64,000 bases of DNA from Octopus vulgaris (taxonomy: Eukaryota). Positions 1 to 11,215 of the stretch are shown piece after piece. Below the pieces are notes generated by a model. That model was given only the letters and a program-made list of their open reading frames with translations, was not told the DNA's origin and searched no databases. A program made the translations under genes and the position numbers. The first letter of the stretch is position 1, and each line of letters begins with the position of its first letter. Location: assembly GCA_951406725.2 (NCBI GenBank), contig OX597823.1:7998001-8062000 (forward strand), in the 5' to 3' direction.

Positions 1-14
1 AAGGATTCCACATT

Positions 15-1595
15 TCAATTAATAGGATTCCTCTCAGAATGTAGTTGTTCATGTCTTTTTAAATGACGACTAGTGATAAATGACTTCTTGCATGTTCCAC
101 AATGATAGGGTCTTTCTCCAGTGTGACTGCGTTTGTGGTCCACAAGATTGGAAGTATTAATGAATGATTTCTTGCATATTCCACAATGATATGGCTTTTC
201 TCCTGTGTGAGTACGTTTGTGAACAACAAGACTTGAATTATTAATGAATGATTTTCCACACGTCTCACAGTGGAAAGGCTTTTCTCCCGTGTGACTACGT
301 TTGTGAACTACTAGACTAGAATGAAAAGAGAAGGATTTTCCACAGATTTCACAATGATAGGGTTTTTCTCCAGTGTGACTTCGTACGTGGAGAACAAGAT
401 TCCAGTTGTTGATGAAAGATTTTCCGCATATTTCACAGGGGAAGGGTTTTTCCCCCGTGTGGACCCGTTTGTGTTTTGTTAAATCCCCAGTAGAGGCAAA
501 ACCTTTCCCACATACTTCACAGTGGAAAGGTTTCTCTCCCGTGTGGATTCGTTTGTGAGTTGTTAAATTACTGTTTATCATAAACGATTTTCCACACAGT
601 TCACAGTGGAAGGGTTTTTCTCCAGTGTGGCTACGTATGTGGACACCAAGATTTGAATTATTAATAAAAGATTTTCCGCATATTTCACAGTGGAACGGCT
701 TTTCCCCAGTGTGTATTCTTCTGTGTTTTGTTAAGACACTGTAATAAACAAAAGATTTTCCGCATATTTCACAGTGGAAAGGTTTTTCTCCAGTGTGACT
801 ACGCATGTGAATAACAAGTTGAGAATTCTTAATAAAAGATTTTCCACACGTCTCACACCGGAACGGTTTTTCTTCGGAGTGGATTCGTTTGTGACTTGTT
901 AAATAGCTATTATTGACAAAAGATTTTCCGCACATTTCACAGTGATACGGTTTTTCCCCAGTGTGACTCCGTATGTGAACTGTAAGCTTAGAATTAGAGA
1001 TAAAAGTTCTTCCACATATTTCACAGTGAAACAGATTTTCTCCACTGTGCATTCGTTTGTGTGTTGTTAACATACTGTTAGAAATAAAAGATTTTTTACA
1101 TATTTCACAAGCATAGGGTTTCTCTCCAGTGTGGTTACGTTTGTGGATTGTGAGCTGAGAATTGTCAATGAATGCCTTCCCACATACTTCGCAATGATAT
1201 GGCTTTTTCCCACTGTGAATTTGTTGATGTCTTTTTAAGTGACTGCTAGTAATAAAGGATTTCTCGCATACTTCACAGTGAAATGGTTTTTCTCCAGAGT
1301 GTATTTTTTTATGTTTAGTCAAGACACTGTTGGATACAAAATATTTGCTGCAAATTTCACAGTGGAAGAGTTTTTCCTTATTATGTATTTTTTTGTGCAA
1401 GGAGACTCCATGTTTTGATGAGAATGTTTTCCTACAAACGCTACAGTTATATTCAGGAATATTTTTGTGTAATATTATTTCTTCAGTAAATGTTTCGTTG
1501 CATAAAGGTTTCTCATCACTGTATGTTTGTGTAAATGTATCTATATTGTTAAATACAGGTGTGTTTGAAGTATCCAAGTGATTAACATCCTCCAT
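15..1595 (-). CDS. Tandem C2H2 (Kruppel-type) zinc-finger protein, 526 aa, 17 fingers, no KRAB/BTB/ZAD recognisable
   Basis: Uninterrupted ORF with 17 Cx2Cx12Hx3H units joined by TGEKP(F/Y)-type linkers; short acidic N-terminal leader; in-frame TGA at 1605-1607 upstream of the ATG supports this start. Confidence 0.95.
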   Translation of the reverse strand: MEDVNHLDTSNTPVFNNIDTFTQTYSDEKPLCNETFTEEIILHKNIPEYNCSVCRKTFSSKHGVSLHKKIHNKEKLFHCEICSKYFVSNSVLTKHKKIHSGEKPFHCEVCEKSFITSSHLKRHQQIHSGKKPYHCEVCGKAFIDNSQLTIHKRNHTGEKPYACEICKKSFISNSMLTTHKRMHSGENLFHCEICGRTFISNSKLTVHIRSHTGEKPYHCEMCGKSFVNNSYLTSHKRIHSEEKPFRCETCGKSFIKNSQLVIHMRSHTGEKPFHCEICGKSFVYYSVLTKHRRIHTGEKPFHCEICGKSFINNSNLGVHIRSHTGEKPFHCELCGKSFMINSNLTTHKRIHTGEKPFHCEVCGKGFASTGDLTKHKRVHTGEKPFPCEICGKSFINNWNLVLHVRSHTGEKPYHCEICGKSFSFHSSLVVHKRSHTGEKPFHCETCGKSFINNSSLVVHKRTHTGEKPYHCGICKKSFINTSNLVDHKRSHTGERPYHCGTCKKSFITSRHLKRHEQLHSERNPIN

Positions 1596-1914
1596 ATTTA
1601 TTCTTCAGGAATTCTTAAAAACTGAGAAATATGAGAATATAATTTATGGTTCAATTTCTTGTCTTGTATACGATGAGAACTCTGCTATCATGCATGAAAA
1701 ATATACAATGTAGATATATTTTCAAATAATCATAAGAATGACTGGTCCTTTACTGGTACACATATTGTTGTATACAAAAAGCTTCTGTCTACTTAAAAAA
1801 AACGTTGGTATGGTTAATGAATGCTATGTAGATTAAAAATATGTCCATATGTGATTGGTGGTAAATGTTTCGGTGAAAGCATCTACATCTGCTCATCTTG
1901 CAATGGAATACTCA

Positions 1915-1940
1915 GCAGAACTGTTAAAGAAAAGATATGA
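1915..1940 (-). promoter_or_regulatory. Probable 3' splice acceptor of a 5'-UTR intron of the ZNF gene (AG at 1921-1922)
   Basis: Minus strand reads catatcttttctttaacag|ttctgctgag: polypyrimidine tract plus CAG, at the boundary where repeat-rich sequence begins. Confidence 0.55.
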
Positions 1941-2023
1941 CAGTGTAAGACAGATGTTAAAGAAAGAAAATGCATGCATGTATATACATGTATGTGTGTG
2001 TATATATATATATCAATAATAAA

Positions 2024-2470
2024 GGCGGTGAGCTGGCAGAAACGTTAGCACGCCGGGCGAAATGCGTAGCCATATTTTGTCTGCTGTTACGTTCTGAGTT
2101 CAAATTCCACTGAGGTCGACTTTGCCTTTCATCCTTTCGGGGTCGATAAACAAAGTACCAGTTACGCACTGGGGTCGTTCTAATCGACGTAGTCCCTTTG
2201 TCTGTCCTTGTTTGTCCCCTCTATGTTTAGCCCCTTGGGGGCAATACAGAAATAAGAAACGTTAGCACGCCGGGCGAAATGCGTAGCCGTATTTCGTCTG
2301 CTGTTACGTTCTGAGTTCAAATTCCTCTGAGGTCGACTTTGCCTTTCATCCTTTCGGGGTCGATAAATTAAGTACCAGTTATGCACTGGGGTTGATATAA
2401 TCGACTCAGTCCGTTTGGCTGTCATTGTTTGTCCTTTCTGTGTTTAGTCCCTTGTGGGTAGTAAAGAAAT
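2024..2470 (+). mobile_element. tRNA-derived SINE family A (Meta/MESC-like central domain), tandem dimer
   Basis: A box (gagctggcagaaacg) and B box (gagttcaaattcc), then gtcgactttgcctttcatcctttcggggtcgataaa..agtaccag; two consecutive units; other copies at 8330, 49639, 52640, 54706. Confidence 0.8.
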
Positions 2471-2502
2471 ATATATATTTGGGTAGTAAAAATATATATA
2501 TA

Positions 2503-2898
2503 GGCACAGGAGTGGCTGCGTGGTAAGTAGCTTGTCTACCAACCACATGGTTCCGGGTTCAGTCCCACTGTGTGGTACCTTGGGCAAGTGTCTTCTACTA
2601 TAGCCTCGGGCCGACCAAAGCCTTGTGAGTGGATTTGGTAGACAGAAACTGAAAGAAGCCCGTCGTATATATGTATGTATGTGTGTTTGTGTGTCTGTGT
2701 TTGTCCCCCTAGCATTGCTTGACAACCGATGCTGGTGTGTTTATGTCCCCGTTACTTAGCGGTTCGGCAAAAGAGACCGATAGAATAAGTACTGGGCTTA
2801 CAAAAGAATAAGTCCCGGGGTCGAGTTGCTCGATTAAAGGCGGTGCTCCAGCATGGCCGCAGTCAAATGATTGAAACAAGTAAAAGAGTAAAAGAGTA
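2503..2898 (+). mobile_element. tRNA-derived CORE-type SINE family B (Octopus OR2-like)
   Basis: tRNA-like head (gtggctgcgtggtaag..ggttcagtccc), CORE-like accttgggcaagtgtctt, internal (TA/TG)n, 3' tail (aaaagagt)n; many near-identical copies in the window. Confidence 0.85.
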
Positions 2899-2927
2899 TA
2901 TATATATATATTTTTTTTTTTTTTTTG

Positions 2928-3140
2928 TACTTGTTTCAGTCATTTGACTGCGGCCATGCTGGAGCACCGCCTTTTAGAGTGGTGAAAGAGTACAGCAGGG
3001 ATCACCACCTCCTGCCGGAGCCTCGTGGAGCTTTTAGGTGTTTTTTTCGCTCAATAAACACACACAACGCCCGGTCTGGGAATCGAAACCGCGATCCTCC
3101 GACCGCAAGTCGCTGCCCTAACCGCTAGGCCATTGCGCCT
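2928..3140 (-). mobile_element. Composite: 3' tail of SINE B (2928-2974) joined to the 5' half of SINE family C (2979-3140)
   Basis: Reverse-complement matches to the other B and C copies in the window. Confidence 0.75.
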
Positions 3141-3410
3141 AGCGGTTAGGGCAGCATATATATATATCAATAAAATTATCCACACAAATATGGAAAGGTG
3201 GACATCAAAACGCTGATAGATATGTAGGTATCCAATAAACTATGTGCTGTGGAAATCAGAGAAAGAAAATATATGTCATCTGAACACATGGGTAACTTAG
3301 ATGCATGTGTCACTGATGAAGCTAGGAAGATATGAGAGTGGACAGGTATATCAACACGGTAAGTTGGCCAGCATACATACTTAAAGAAATCTAAGTATGA
3401 TTAGAAAATA

Positions 3411-3808
3411 GCGCAGGAGTGGCTGTGTGGTAAGTAGCTTGCTTACCAATCACATGGTTCCGGGTTCAGTCCCACTGCGTGGCACCTTGGGCAAGTGTCT
3501 TCTACTGTGGCCTCGGGCCGACCAAAGCCTTCTGAGTGGATTTGGTAGACGGAAACTGAAAGAAGCCCATCGTATATATATGTATATGTATATATGCGTA
3601 TGTGTGTTTGTGTGTCTGTGTTTGTCCCCCTAGCATTGCTTGACAACAATGCTGGTGTGTTTACGTCCCCGTCACTTAGCGGTTCGGCAAAAAGAGACCG
3701 ATAGAATAAGTACTGGGCTTACAAAAAAGATTAAGTCACGGGGTCGAGTTGCTCGATTAAAGGCGGTGCTCCAGCATGGCCGCAGTCAAATGATTGAAAC
3801 AAGTAAAA
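3411..3808 (+). mobile_element. SINE family B copy
   Basis: Near-identical to 2503-2898 along its length. Confidence 0.85.
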
Positions 3809-3824
3809 TAGTATAATAGTAAAT

Positions 3825-4240
3825 CAGAAGGTGACTGAGACATTAGTGCATGCCTTTGTATCATCATGACTTGACAATGTGTTACTCTGTGGCCTACAAG
3901 GATACCAAGAGATTGCAGCTCATTCAAAATACAGCAGTTAGAGTAGCTGTGAGGAGAATGAAATTTGACCATATTTCCCAGCATAGAAAGGCTCTACACT
4001 AAGTTCCCCAATACATTAGTGAACTACTTCAGGGCAAAAGAGCTAAGAGTGTGAAATAAAGTTGAAATAAATTCCTCGTTGTACCTTACCAGGTACTAAA
4101 ATGGAGAGCTGTGGTGATCAAGCTTTCTGTAAGTCAGGCCCAGCTCTCTGGAAAGTACCTCTTTCTTCTTCTGTCTGCACAAACAGCACCAGCTAAGTCA
4201 ACTTTCAAATCAAATTGGGAGATTTATCTTTTCAGGAAAT
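3825..4240 (+). mobile_element. Decayed L2/CR1-group LINE 3' fragment
   Basis: Broken translation ETLVHAFVSS*LD..RLQLIQNTAVR..KFDHIS..ALH, typical of the L2 post-RT C-terminal region; has stops and frameshifts. Confidence 0.6.
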
Positions 4241-4339
4241 ACTGGTAGTAAATTGTCTTTTAAAAAAATTCTCAGGTTAATATGTCTATATGAATGGACA
4301 ATTAGAGCACTTATGAATATATTTTAATTTTAATGGACA

Positions 4340-4711
4340 TAAAAGTGACTGTGTGGTAAGTGGCTTGTTTATGAACTACATGTTTCTGGGTTCAGTCCCA
4401 CTGCGTGGCATCTTGGGCAAGTGTCTTCTACTATGGCCTCGGGCTGACCAAAGCCTTATGAGTGGATTTGGTAGATGGAAACTGAAAGAAGCCCATCATA
4501 TATATATATATGTGTGTGTGTCTGTTTGTCCCCGCAACATCGCCTGACAACCAATGTTGGTGTGTTTACGTCCCCGCAACTTAGTGGTTCGGTGAAAGAG
4601 ACTGATAGAATAAGTACTAGGCTTGCAAAGAATAAGTCCTGGGATCGATTTGCTCGATTAAAGGTGGTGCTCCAGCATGGCCACAGTCACATGACTGAAA
4701 CAAGTAAAAGT
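4340..4711 (+). mobile_element. SINE family B copy (more diverged)
   Basis: Same head, CORE and tail motifs with more substitutions. Confidence 0.8.
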
Positions 4712-5012
4712 GTATATGACTATATATTTTGGTGGGGTGGAGTGAGTTGATTGTTATGCCCAGTCAGCATGACTGTTGGTTTTGCTCCTACAGAGTGCTT
4801 AGGCCCAAAGGTGACTTGCCAGACTCAAATGGCTGTAGGCACATAACCACTCCACAATTGTTTGAAGTGATGTACAGATTTTATATATTAAGAAAAAGGA
4901 GGTAGTAGTCAGGATCTGGATAAAAACAATTTATTCAGCACTTCTGTTCCTTTCAGGGATTGATCATGATTGCTTAGAGAAAATTTGTACCTTTTATATA
5001 CATGTGAGTTAG

Positions 5013-5370
5013 GGCAGCGGACTTGCGGTCATAGGATCGCAGTTTCGATTCCCAGACCGGGCATTGTGAGTGTTTATTGAGCGAAAACACCTAAAGCTCC
5101 ACGAGGCTCCGGCAGGGGATGGTGGTGATCCCTGCTGTACTTTCACCACAACTTTCTCTCACTCTTACTTCCTGTTTCTGTTGTACCTGTATTTCAAAGG
5201 GCCGGCCTTGTCACTCTCTGTGTCACGCTGAATATCCCCGAGAACTACGTTAAGGGTACACGTGTCTGTGGAGTGCTCAGCCACTTACACGTTAATTTCA
5301 CGAGCAGGCTGTTCCGTTGATTCGGATCAACCGGAACCCTCGTCGTCGGAACCGACGGAGTGCTTCCATC
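5013..5370 (+). mobile_element. tRNA-derived SINE family C, slightly 5'-truncated, 12-bp TSD
   Basis: Matches the full copies at 46081, 49031 and 54072; flanked by catgtgagttag at 5001-5012 and 5371-5382. Confidence 0.88.
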
Positions 5371-5509
5371 CATGTGAGTTAGTTAAAAAAAAAACAAAAA
5401 AACATGAGTTGAATTCGTTTTCTAGGGTTTTGGAAGTGGTTATTTGAGATGTTCTTTGACATTTTGAATTTCTATATTTATTTTTTTATACACTTTAAAA
5501 CTCCCCCCC

Positions 5510-5780
5510 AGATCTTTTCCTTTTGAACGGCAGTTTGTAACATAATTTCTAGGTAACTAAAAAGTTTTAAACTTCGTATACTGGTAGAATGAGTTTATAA
5601 AACATCATTTTCTCTTGGTTTTATTGAGAAAATTCTATAGTTTGTAAGATATTTCGTCTGAAAACCCGAGCATTTCGGCAATTTTAACCAATCAATTACC
5701 TCCATTCAACTAAAATCATTTGCTGCGTCTAAAACTGAGACAATATCCTGTCACTAACCCTAAACCTCCCCCTAACCCTA
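5510..5780 (-). mobile_element. Partial copy of the GGATC-TIR telomeric-repeat MITE
   Basis: Starts gatcttttccttttgaacggcagtt like 57827; similarity ends at a (CCCTAA)-like tract. Confidence 0.7.
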
Positions 5781-6149
5781 AATTTTTTTTTCTTAATTGT
5801 TACGGTAAAGATCCACTCCTCCCCCCACACACACATATAAAAACAAAATAGCAAAGTGTTTTAAAAACAGGAAAGGAAGCATTCAATATTTTGGTCAGGA
5901 ACATTACAAAAAAAACGAAAAAAAAAAACGGGGTGGACATTAGATGAAGGCCTCTGAGCACAGGTGTGCTCAGTCAGGCTGAGCTGTGCCTAAACAATAA
6001 CACTATTTCATTGAAAACGATGGCCATATATCTATTTACGCACACATGTACATAGATGTGTGTAAAAGAAATGCAGAAACACTACGAAGAAGTTATCTCA
6101 ACTCAAAACAAAAGACAAAAGGCCTAATTAATTTCCTCTATTTCTAACA

Positions 6150-6505
6150 GATCTTCCCTATTCTTCTCATTAAGAGTATGGGGAACCCAGACACACAGCT
6201 TGCTGACTTTTGCTCTTTTTCCAAGTGGTGGATTGGGATGTGAAGTCAACTGCTAATTCCCGAGTACTTTTACGAGGAGTGAATTCCACAAATTCTCTTA
6301 AAGCATCTCGATCGAAATCTGATGAGCGTTTTGATCTGAGTTGATCTCCTAAAGACACATCTCCGGATCGAAGCTTTGAAAGCCAATTTCGCACTGCCGG
6401 TTAGTAACGACACCTTGGCCATAAACACTGCATTATTTTTTTTAGCTGTTTCTGTTCTTAAACTCTCACATCATATGTCGAATATGCATTTTCGGTTCAT
6501 CCATT
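6150..6505 (-). pseudogene. Mariner transposase N-terminal fragment
   Basis: RNWLSKLRSGDVSLGDQLRSKRSSDFDRDALREFVEFTPRKSTRELA resembles the mariner HTH region (WFxKFRSGDxSLEDxPRSGRP..STRELA); frameshifted. Confidence 0.75.
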
Positions 6506-6679
6506 TTAGCTGAGTGAGATTTACTATTAAAACGTGATTGACAGTTGAGGCTCTTTTAAAAACGGTGGTTTCCATTTCAGGTGTAAAGATCAATAGTTCG
6601 AAATGCGTCGTTACAATTAACTCCCCCCCCCTCTCAATTTATGACTCGATCCAATAATTGCTATTGGTGTTTCACTACT

Positions 6680-6805
6680 GAGATTTCAGGTGATGCACGT
6701 GAGGGTGCTTGGCTGTTTCAACGCCTTAGCCTCGCCATCTCCCGCGGTAATGCCGCGATCGTGTTGGCTTGCGTCAGTAGAACTTTGACGTGCGCGACCA
6801 TTTGA
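6680..6805 (+). mobile_element. 3' end of a CRE-clade (RLE-type) non-LTR retrotransposon ORF
   Basis: Translates EISGDAREGAWLFQRLSLAISRGNAAIVLACVSRTLTCATI*; the QRLSxAxxRGNA motif is the typical C-terminus of CRE/SLACS-like elements. Confidence 0.65.
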
Positions 6806-7086
6806 GGCACTTGATGTTGAATTGATGTTTCTTTATTCTTCTTTTTTCTCCCGGTTTTGTATTTGTATTTTTAATGTTTTTGTATTATATATGTGTCATA
6901 TACATACGTATGTAAAAAATTGATTTAATCTTAAATTTCACTCTGAAGAAAGCCAAGGCGCGGTTGTTTCCCTTGGCACTAAACTAAAAACCAATTAATT
7001 CGATAATTAATTTCGTACTTTGTCTCCATGGGGCAAATTATAATTTAAAGTTTTCTTGTTATACAATAGATTAGGGAATCAACAAC

Positions 7087-7369
7087 GGTACTACTAGCGA
7101 ACAGTGGTCCCGGTGCGCGCAAGCTAGTCGTGACTAGTCGATCCTACGACTACCTAGCAAAGTAAATAAAACACAACATAAATAATTTTTTTTTACACAA
7201 AGAAAATAATCTTTGTTAAACAAAGTAAATAAAACACAAAAGCACAAAGTAAATAATTTTTTAAATAAATTAAATAACACAAAAGCACAAAGTAAAGATC
7301 GACTAATCATGACTAGCTAGCGCGGATACGCGAGTACGCGCACCGGGACCACTGTTCGCTAGTAGTACC
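7087..7369. mobile_element. MITE with ~33-bp TIRs and 9-bp TSD (Merlin-like termini)
   Basis: TIR ggtactactagcgaacagtggtcccggtgcgcg and its reverse complement; atcaacaac duplicated at 7078-7086 and 7370-7378; AT-rich repetitive core. Confidence 0.85.
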
Positions 7370-7769
7370 ATCAACAACAACATCATCAAAGCTAGTAACC
7401 CTATAATCTTGAAATAGTTAAATATTCTAAAGTTTGAGTTTTGAAAACAATGAAGTGCGATGGAATTTAAAAAAAATTAAAATCCCATTGAAGTGCTTGT
7501 GATAGATGTATTAAAAAAATACTTACGAGACACTATTGTTAGATATGGTTAATAAAAGAGATTTCGACAGGACAATACGGAAATGGCATCAGGTTAAGTC
7601 TTTATGAAGTGAATAAACTCAGCAATGAAATGTCACTAAAAGGCTATAAATACAGAGGTACATACAGATTTATTATTAGAGACACTTTCGTACTAATTCT
7701 TTTAACAGACCAGTATGATAGACACTGTGAAGATAATAAAACAATTACTACATTTTAATATATGTAATA

Positions 7770-8164
7770 CTAGCAGTATCGCCCGGCGTTGCTCGGATTT
7801 GTAAGGGAAATAACTATAAAGCATTTTTAGAGAGTTATAGCCAAAAAATAGCACAAAATTGCATTAAAAATGGAAAAAAAATGATGGTAAATTTTTTTAA
7901 ATCGTTGACTTATCGTAGACATTTTTAGAGAGTTACTTCCCTTATATAATAGCGAAAAAATGCATTAAAATGGAAAAAAATGATGGTAAATTATTTTAAA
8001 AATCGTAGACTCATCGTAGACGCGCGCTAATACCCAGAAGGGCTCGATATGAATCACGACTATAAGATACCCGGTTTTGGTTAAACTGCACCGCAAAATG
8101 TGGGAGTAGTTAGGAATCTAAATCGTAGGAGACAGACACACAACCTTACTTTTATATATAAAGA
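7770..8164 (-). mobile_element. Non-autonomous Helitron
   Basis: Minus strand 5'-TC...CTAG-3' inserted between A and T, subterminal hairpin ccgagcaacgccggg, no TSD; copies at 47625 and 59205. Confidence 0.85.
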
Positions 8165-8329
8165 TATTTCATTGATTGAAGTTTTGTTATAAAAATCTTT
8201 ATCGTTACGTTTCCCTGAAATGTAAACATACCACATGGAGAACGAAAGAATTTTGTTTGATAATCTTGTTTCATTTTAATATCGGCGTATCAACATTGAG
8301 GCTACGTAAATTTTATGAAGTATTAATAT

Positions 8330-8522
8330 CTATTTCTTTATTGCTCACACAGGGCTAAACATAGAGGGGACAAACAAGGACAGACAAATGGATTAAGTCG
8401 ATTACATCGACCTCAGTGCGTAGCTGGTACTTATTTAATCGACTCCCCCCCCCCCGAAAGGATGAAAGGCAAAGTCGACCTCGGCGGAATTTGAACTCAG
8501 AACGTAGCAGGAGAAATGCCGC
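8330..8522 (-). mobile_element. SINE family A, 5' end cut off by the adjacent MITE
   Basis: Reverse complement of the 2024 unit. Confidence 0.75.
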
Positions 8523-8655
8523 GGATCTTTTCGGTTTGAACGGCAGTTTTTTCTAGCGATGTCATATGAAATTGTCACCCATAATTATGACCCTAGTGTC
8601 GATCTATTGCATTTCAATCTGTTTTAGGGTTAGGGTTAGTTAGGATTAGGGGTAG
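8523..8655 (+). mobile_element. Partial GGATC-TIR telomeric-repeat MITE
   Basis: ggatcttttcggtttgaacggcagttttt..., identical in layout to 50668 and 56449, ending in ttagggttagggttagttaggattagggg. Confidence 0.75.
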
Positions 8656-8747
8656 TTGTTACACTAGATAATAACAGAGTTAAGGATATCTTCACAAATA
8701 AATTTTTTGTGAACTGTGAACTATTTTTTCTTGTGAGTTATTTGCTC

Positions 8748-8774
8748 TGTATATATATATATATTCACATATAT

Positions 8775-8845
<71 letters not shown>

Positions 8846-8870
8846 CATATACATACATACACACACACAT
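8748..8870. repeat. Compound (TA)n/(CA)n microsatellite
   Basis: Seen directly. Confidence 0.95.
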
Positions 8871-9009
8871 ATCATCATCATCGTTTAGCGTTCGTTTTCC
8901 ATGCTAGCATGGGTTGGACGGTTCAACTGGGGTCTGTGAAGCCAAAAGGCTTCACCAGGACCAGTCAGATCTGGCAGTGTTTCTATGGCTGGATGCCCTT
9001 CCTAACGCC
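8871..9009 (-). mobile_element. RTE-type LINE 3'-UTR fragment with (TGA)n tail
   Basis: atcatcatcatcgtttagcg..catgctagcatgggttggacg..ctggatgcccttcctaacgcca; same family as 43771-44120 and 44399-44880. Confidence 0.65.
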
Positions 9010-9042
<33 letters not shown>

Positions 9043-9048
9043 TATATG

Positions 9049-9106
<58 letters not shown>

Positions 9107-9305
9107 GTAGGTCCCGGGTTGAGTCGGGGTTAACCACAGTAAATAAGGTACTCAATACATGGCAGAGTAAATTAATTTATTTTATAGAAGGAGCTTCTAC
9201 AGGACTAGAACTGTTTCATTCAAAAGAAATCATCAGGAAGCTTCCTGATGATTTCATTTGAATGAAACAGTTCTAGTCCTGTAGAAGCTCCTTCTATGAA
9301 ATAAA
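9107..9305. mobile_element. Fold-back element in (TA)n with a type I hammerhead-ribozyme motif on both strands (Penelope/retrozyme-like)
   Basis: Near-perfect 65-bp-arm palindrome 9176-9240/9241-9305; agcttc-CTGATGA-tttcatttgaat-GAAA-cag..ctg-TA-gaagct. Confidence 0.6.
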
Positions 9306-9569
9306 TATATGTATATATATATATATAAACATTACTTTTTATAATTATGAGTATAAATTATAACTAGGGTTCAGCAAAAAAATTTGCTTTGCCACATACC
9401 AAACTTTTAGAAATAGCAGCCAAAGAACTTAGCTATTTCTTCTAGTATAAGAAGAATCTCCCAGACAACGTATACTCAAAAACAATTCACGTAGGCATAG
9501 AGGAAAAAAATAATGAAAATTCACTCGGCATTTGATTACTTGTGGACACGTTTCTGAGTTAGATAGATA

Positions 9570-9700
9570 TGGAGATGCAAGAATTACATTTGACCCTTCT
9601 TTCTTTTTGCTTTCAATCAAGGTTCTAAGGCTGTGTATGGAAAGGGTGCCATAGCTGAAAGAACCGCTTGTGATTGGTATGCCAAGTTCAAAAATGGAAA
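9570..9700 (+). pseudogene. Mariner transposase N-terminal remnant
   Basis: Reads FAFNQGSKA..VYGKGAIAERTACDWYAKFKNG. Confidence 0.65.
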
Positions 9701-10280
9701 TATATTTATACAGGGTTCAGTGTTGACTGGATGTTTGATTTCTATCACTCTCAGCACATGTCCTCAGATTGCACTGTGCACAGATTGACACCCAAACACT
9801 CTGAAATGTTTGTATTGGAGCTTCCAGTGTAAATGCCAAGCAGTACAGCATGTTGTTTGCAAATTTCTAGCAGAGTGAATTGCGTCATAGTGCTGTTTTT
9901 CTCACAGACAGTGAGTGCCCAACTGACCCTACTATACTGTGTAATTAACAAAGTCAAAAACAAACAATGAGTATGCGTGAAATTAAAAATATAAAATGGT
10001 GACAATTTACCCATTGCACCCTGTTTGTATATAATTTCATGCTGTGTCATCATCATGTTACTTTGTATCCCATGGTAATGTGGGTTGGCTGATTTAACAG
10101 GATCCAACAGGCTAGAAGTCTGTTGCGTTCCATTGTCAGTTGTGATAAGATTTCTACAGTTGGATGCCCTTCCTAACACCATCCACTTTACAGAATGTAT
10201 TGTGTGTCATCATTTTTTGCCACTGGCACTTATGAGGTTTTTTTTTTTCTTTTTTCTTTTTCCGACCAGACCATCAGATG

Positions 10281-10552
10281 TTGTTACACATCGCTGGTCA
10301 CAATGCGTGCGCACTGTTTTAGCCTTCGAATGACATCACCCCGCTGGCTAAGCGAGCAGGCCAACAGAAGAAAGAGTGGGAGAAAGTGTGGTGAAAGAGT
10401 ACTGCAGGGATCACCACCCCCTGCCGGAGCATCGTGGAGCTTTTTAGGTGTTATCGCTCAATAAACACTCACAACGCCCGGTCTGGGAATCGAAACCGCG
10501 ATCCTACGACCGCGAGTCCGCTGCCCTAACCACTGGGCCATTGCGCCTCCAC
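10281..10552 (-). mobile_element. SINE family C variant (same head, different 3' half)
   Basis: 10380-10552 is the reverse complement of the family C head and body; 10281-10380 differs from the other copies. Confidence 0.7.
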
Positions 10553-11215
10553 ACGAGGTATTTAGGTAGCTTATAAGACATGACTCCTTGATTGAAGGAA
10601 ATGACCAGGTATTGAGAGGAAGAGCAAGAGTCTTGCTTTAGAGGAGATACATGATATACTCTCAATGTACAAAAGGTAAATATGAAGGGAATGAGGAATA
10701 AGTGAGGTGGATAGGGATAGAGGACCAAATAAGTTTGGAAGAGTGTGAGGTGAGCAATAGGTGATTAGAGGTAGGAAATACAGGGATATAGGTGATTCAG
10801 GGTATGGCCAATGGTGAATATCAGTTTGGGGAAAGGTGAAGGAAATAGGGGTGGGTCATGGAGGGGTAGGTGATAAGTGGCAGTACAAAAAAAAGGGTGG
10901 GGCAGAGAGCAGGATTGTCATTATGGTGTATGGACAAGAAATAGGAAGATGATATGAAGCATGTATGAGGAGGATGGAGGAGTGGTCATTGACTAGGGTG
11001 AAGATCAGAGGTATGTAGGGGTGAATAGAAATGTAACCACACATGGGCCGTTGGTGATTTTCCTTCTTTCTCTTTGGACTTTTCCCTTTCTAACAAAGTG
11101 CTATGTTCGAAACTTTAAAAACTCCTTTCACCAAATGTCAAACAAATAAAATTCTTGTGCATGCCCTCACGTTTGTTGTCTGTTCATTGAATTGACTATA
11201 TATATATATATATAT

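Noticed and set aside
6943-6985. Hammerhead at ctgaaga..gccaagg/ccttggc
   Set aside because: Core start and a stem II are present but the required GAAA does not follow; at best a decayed relic
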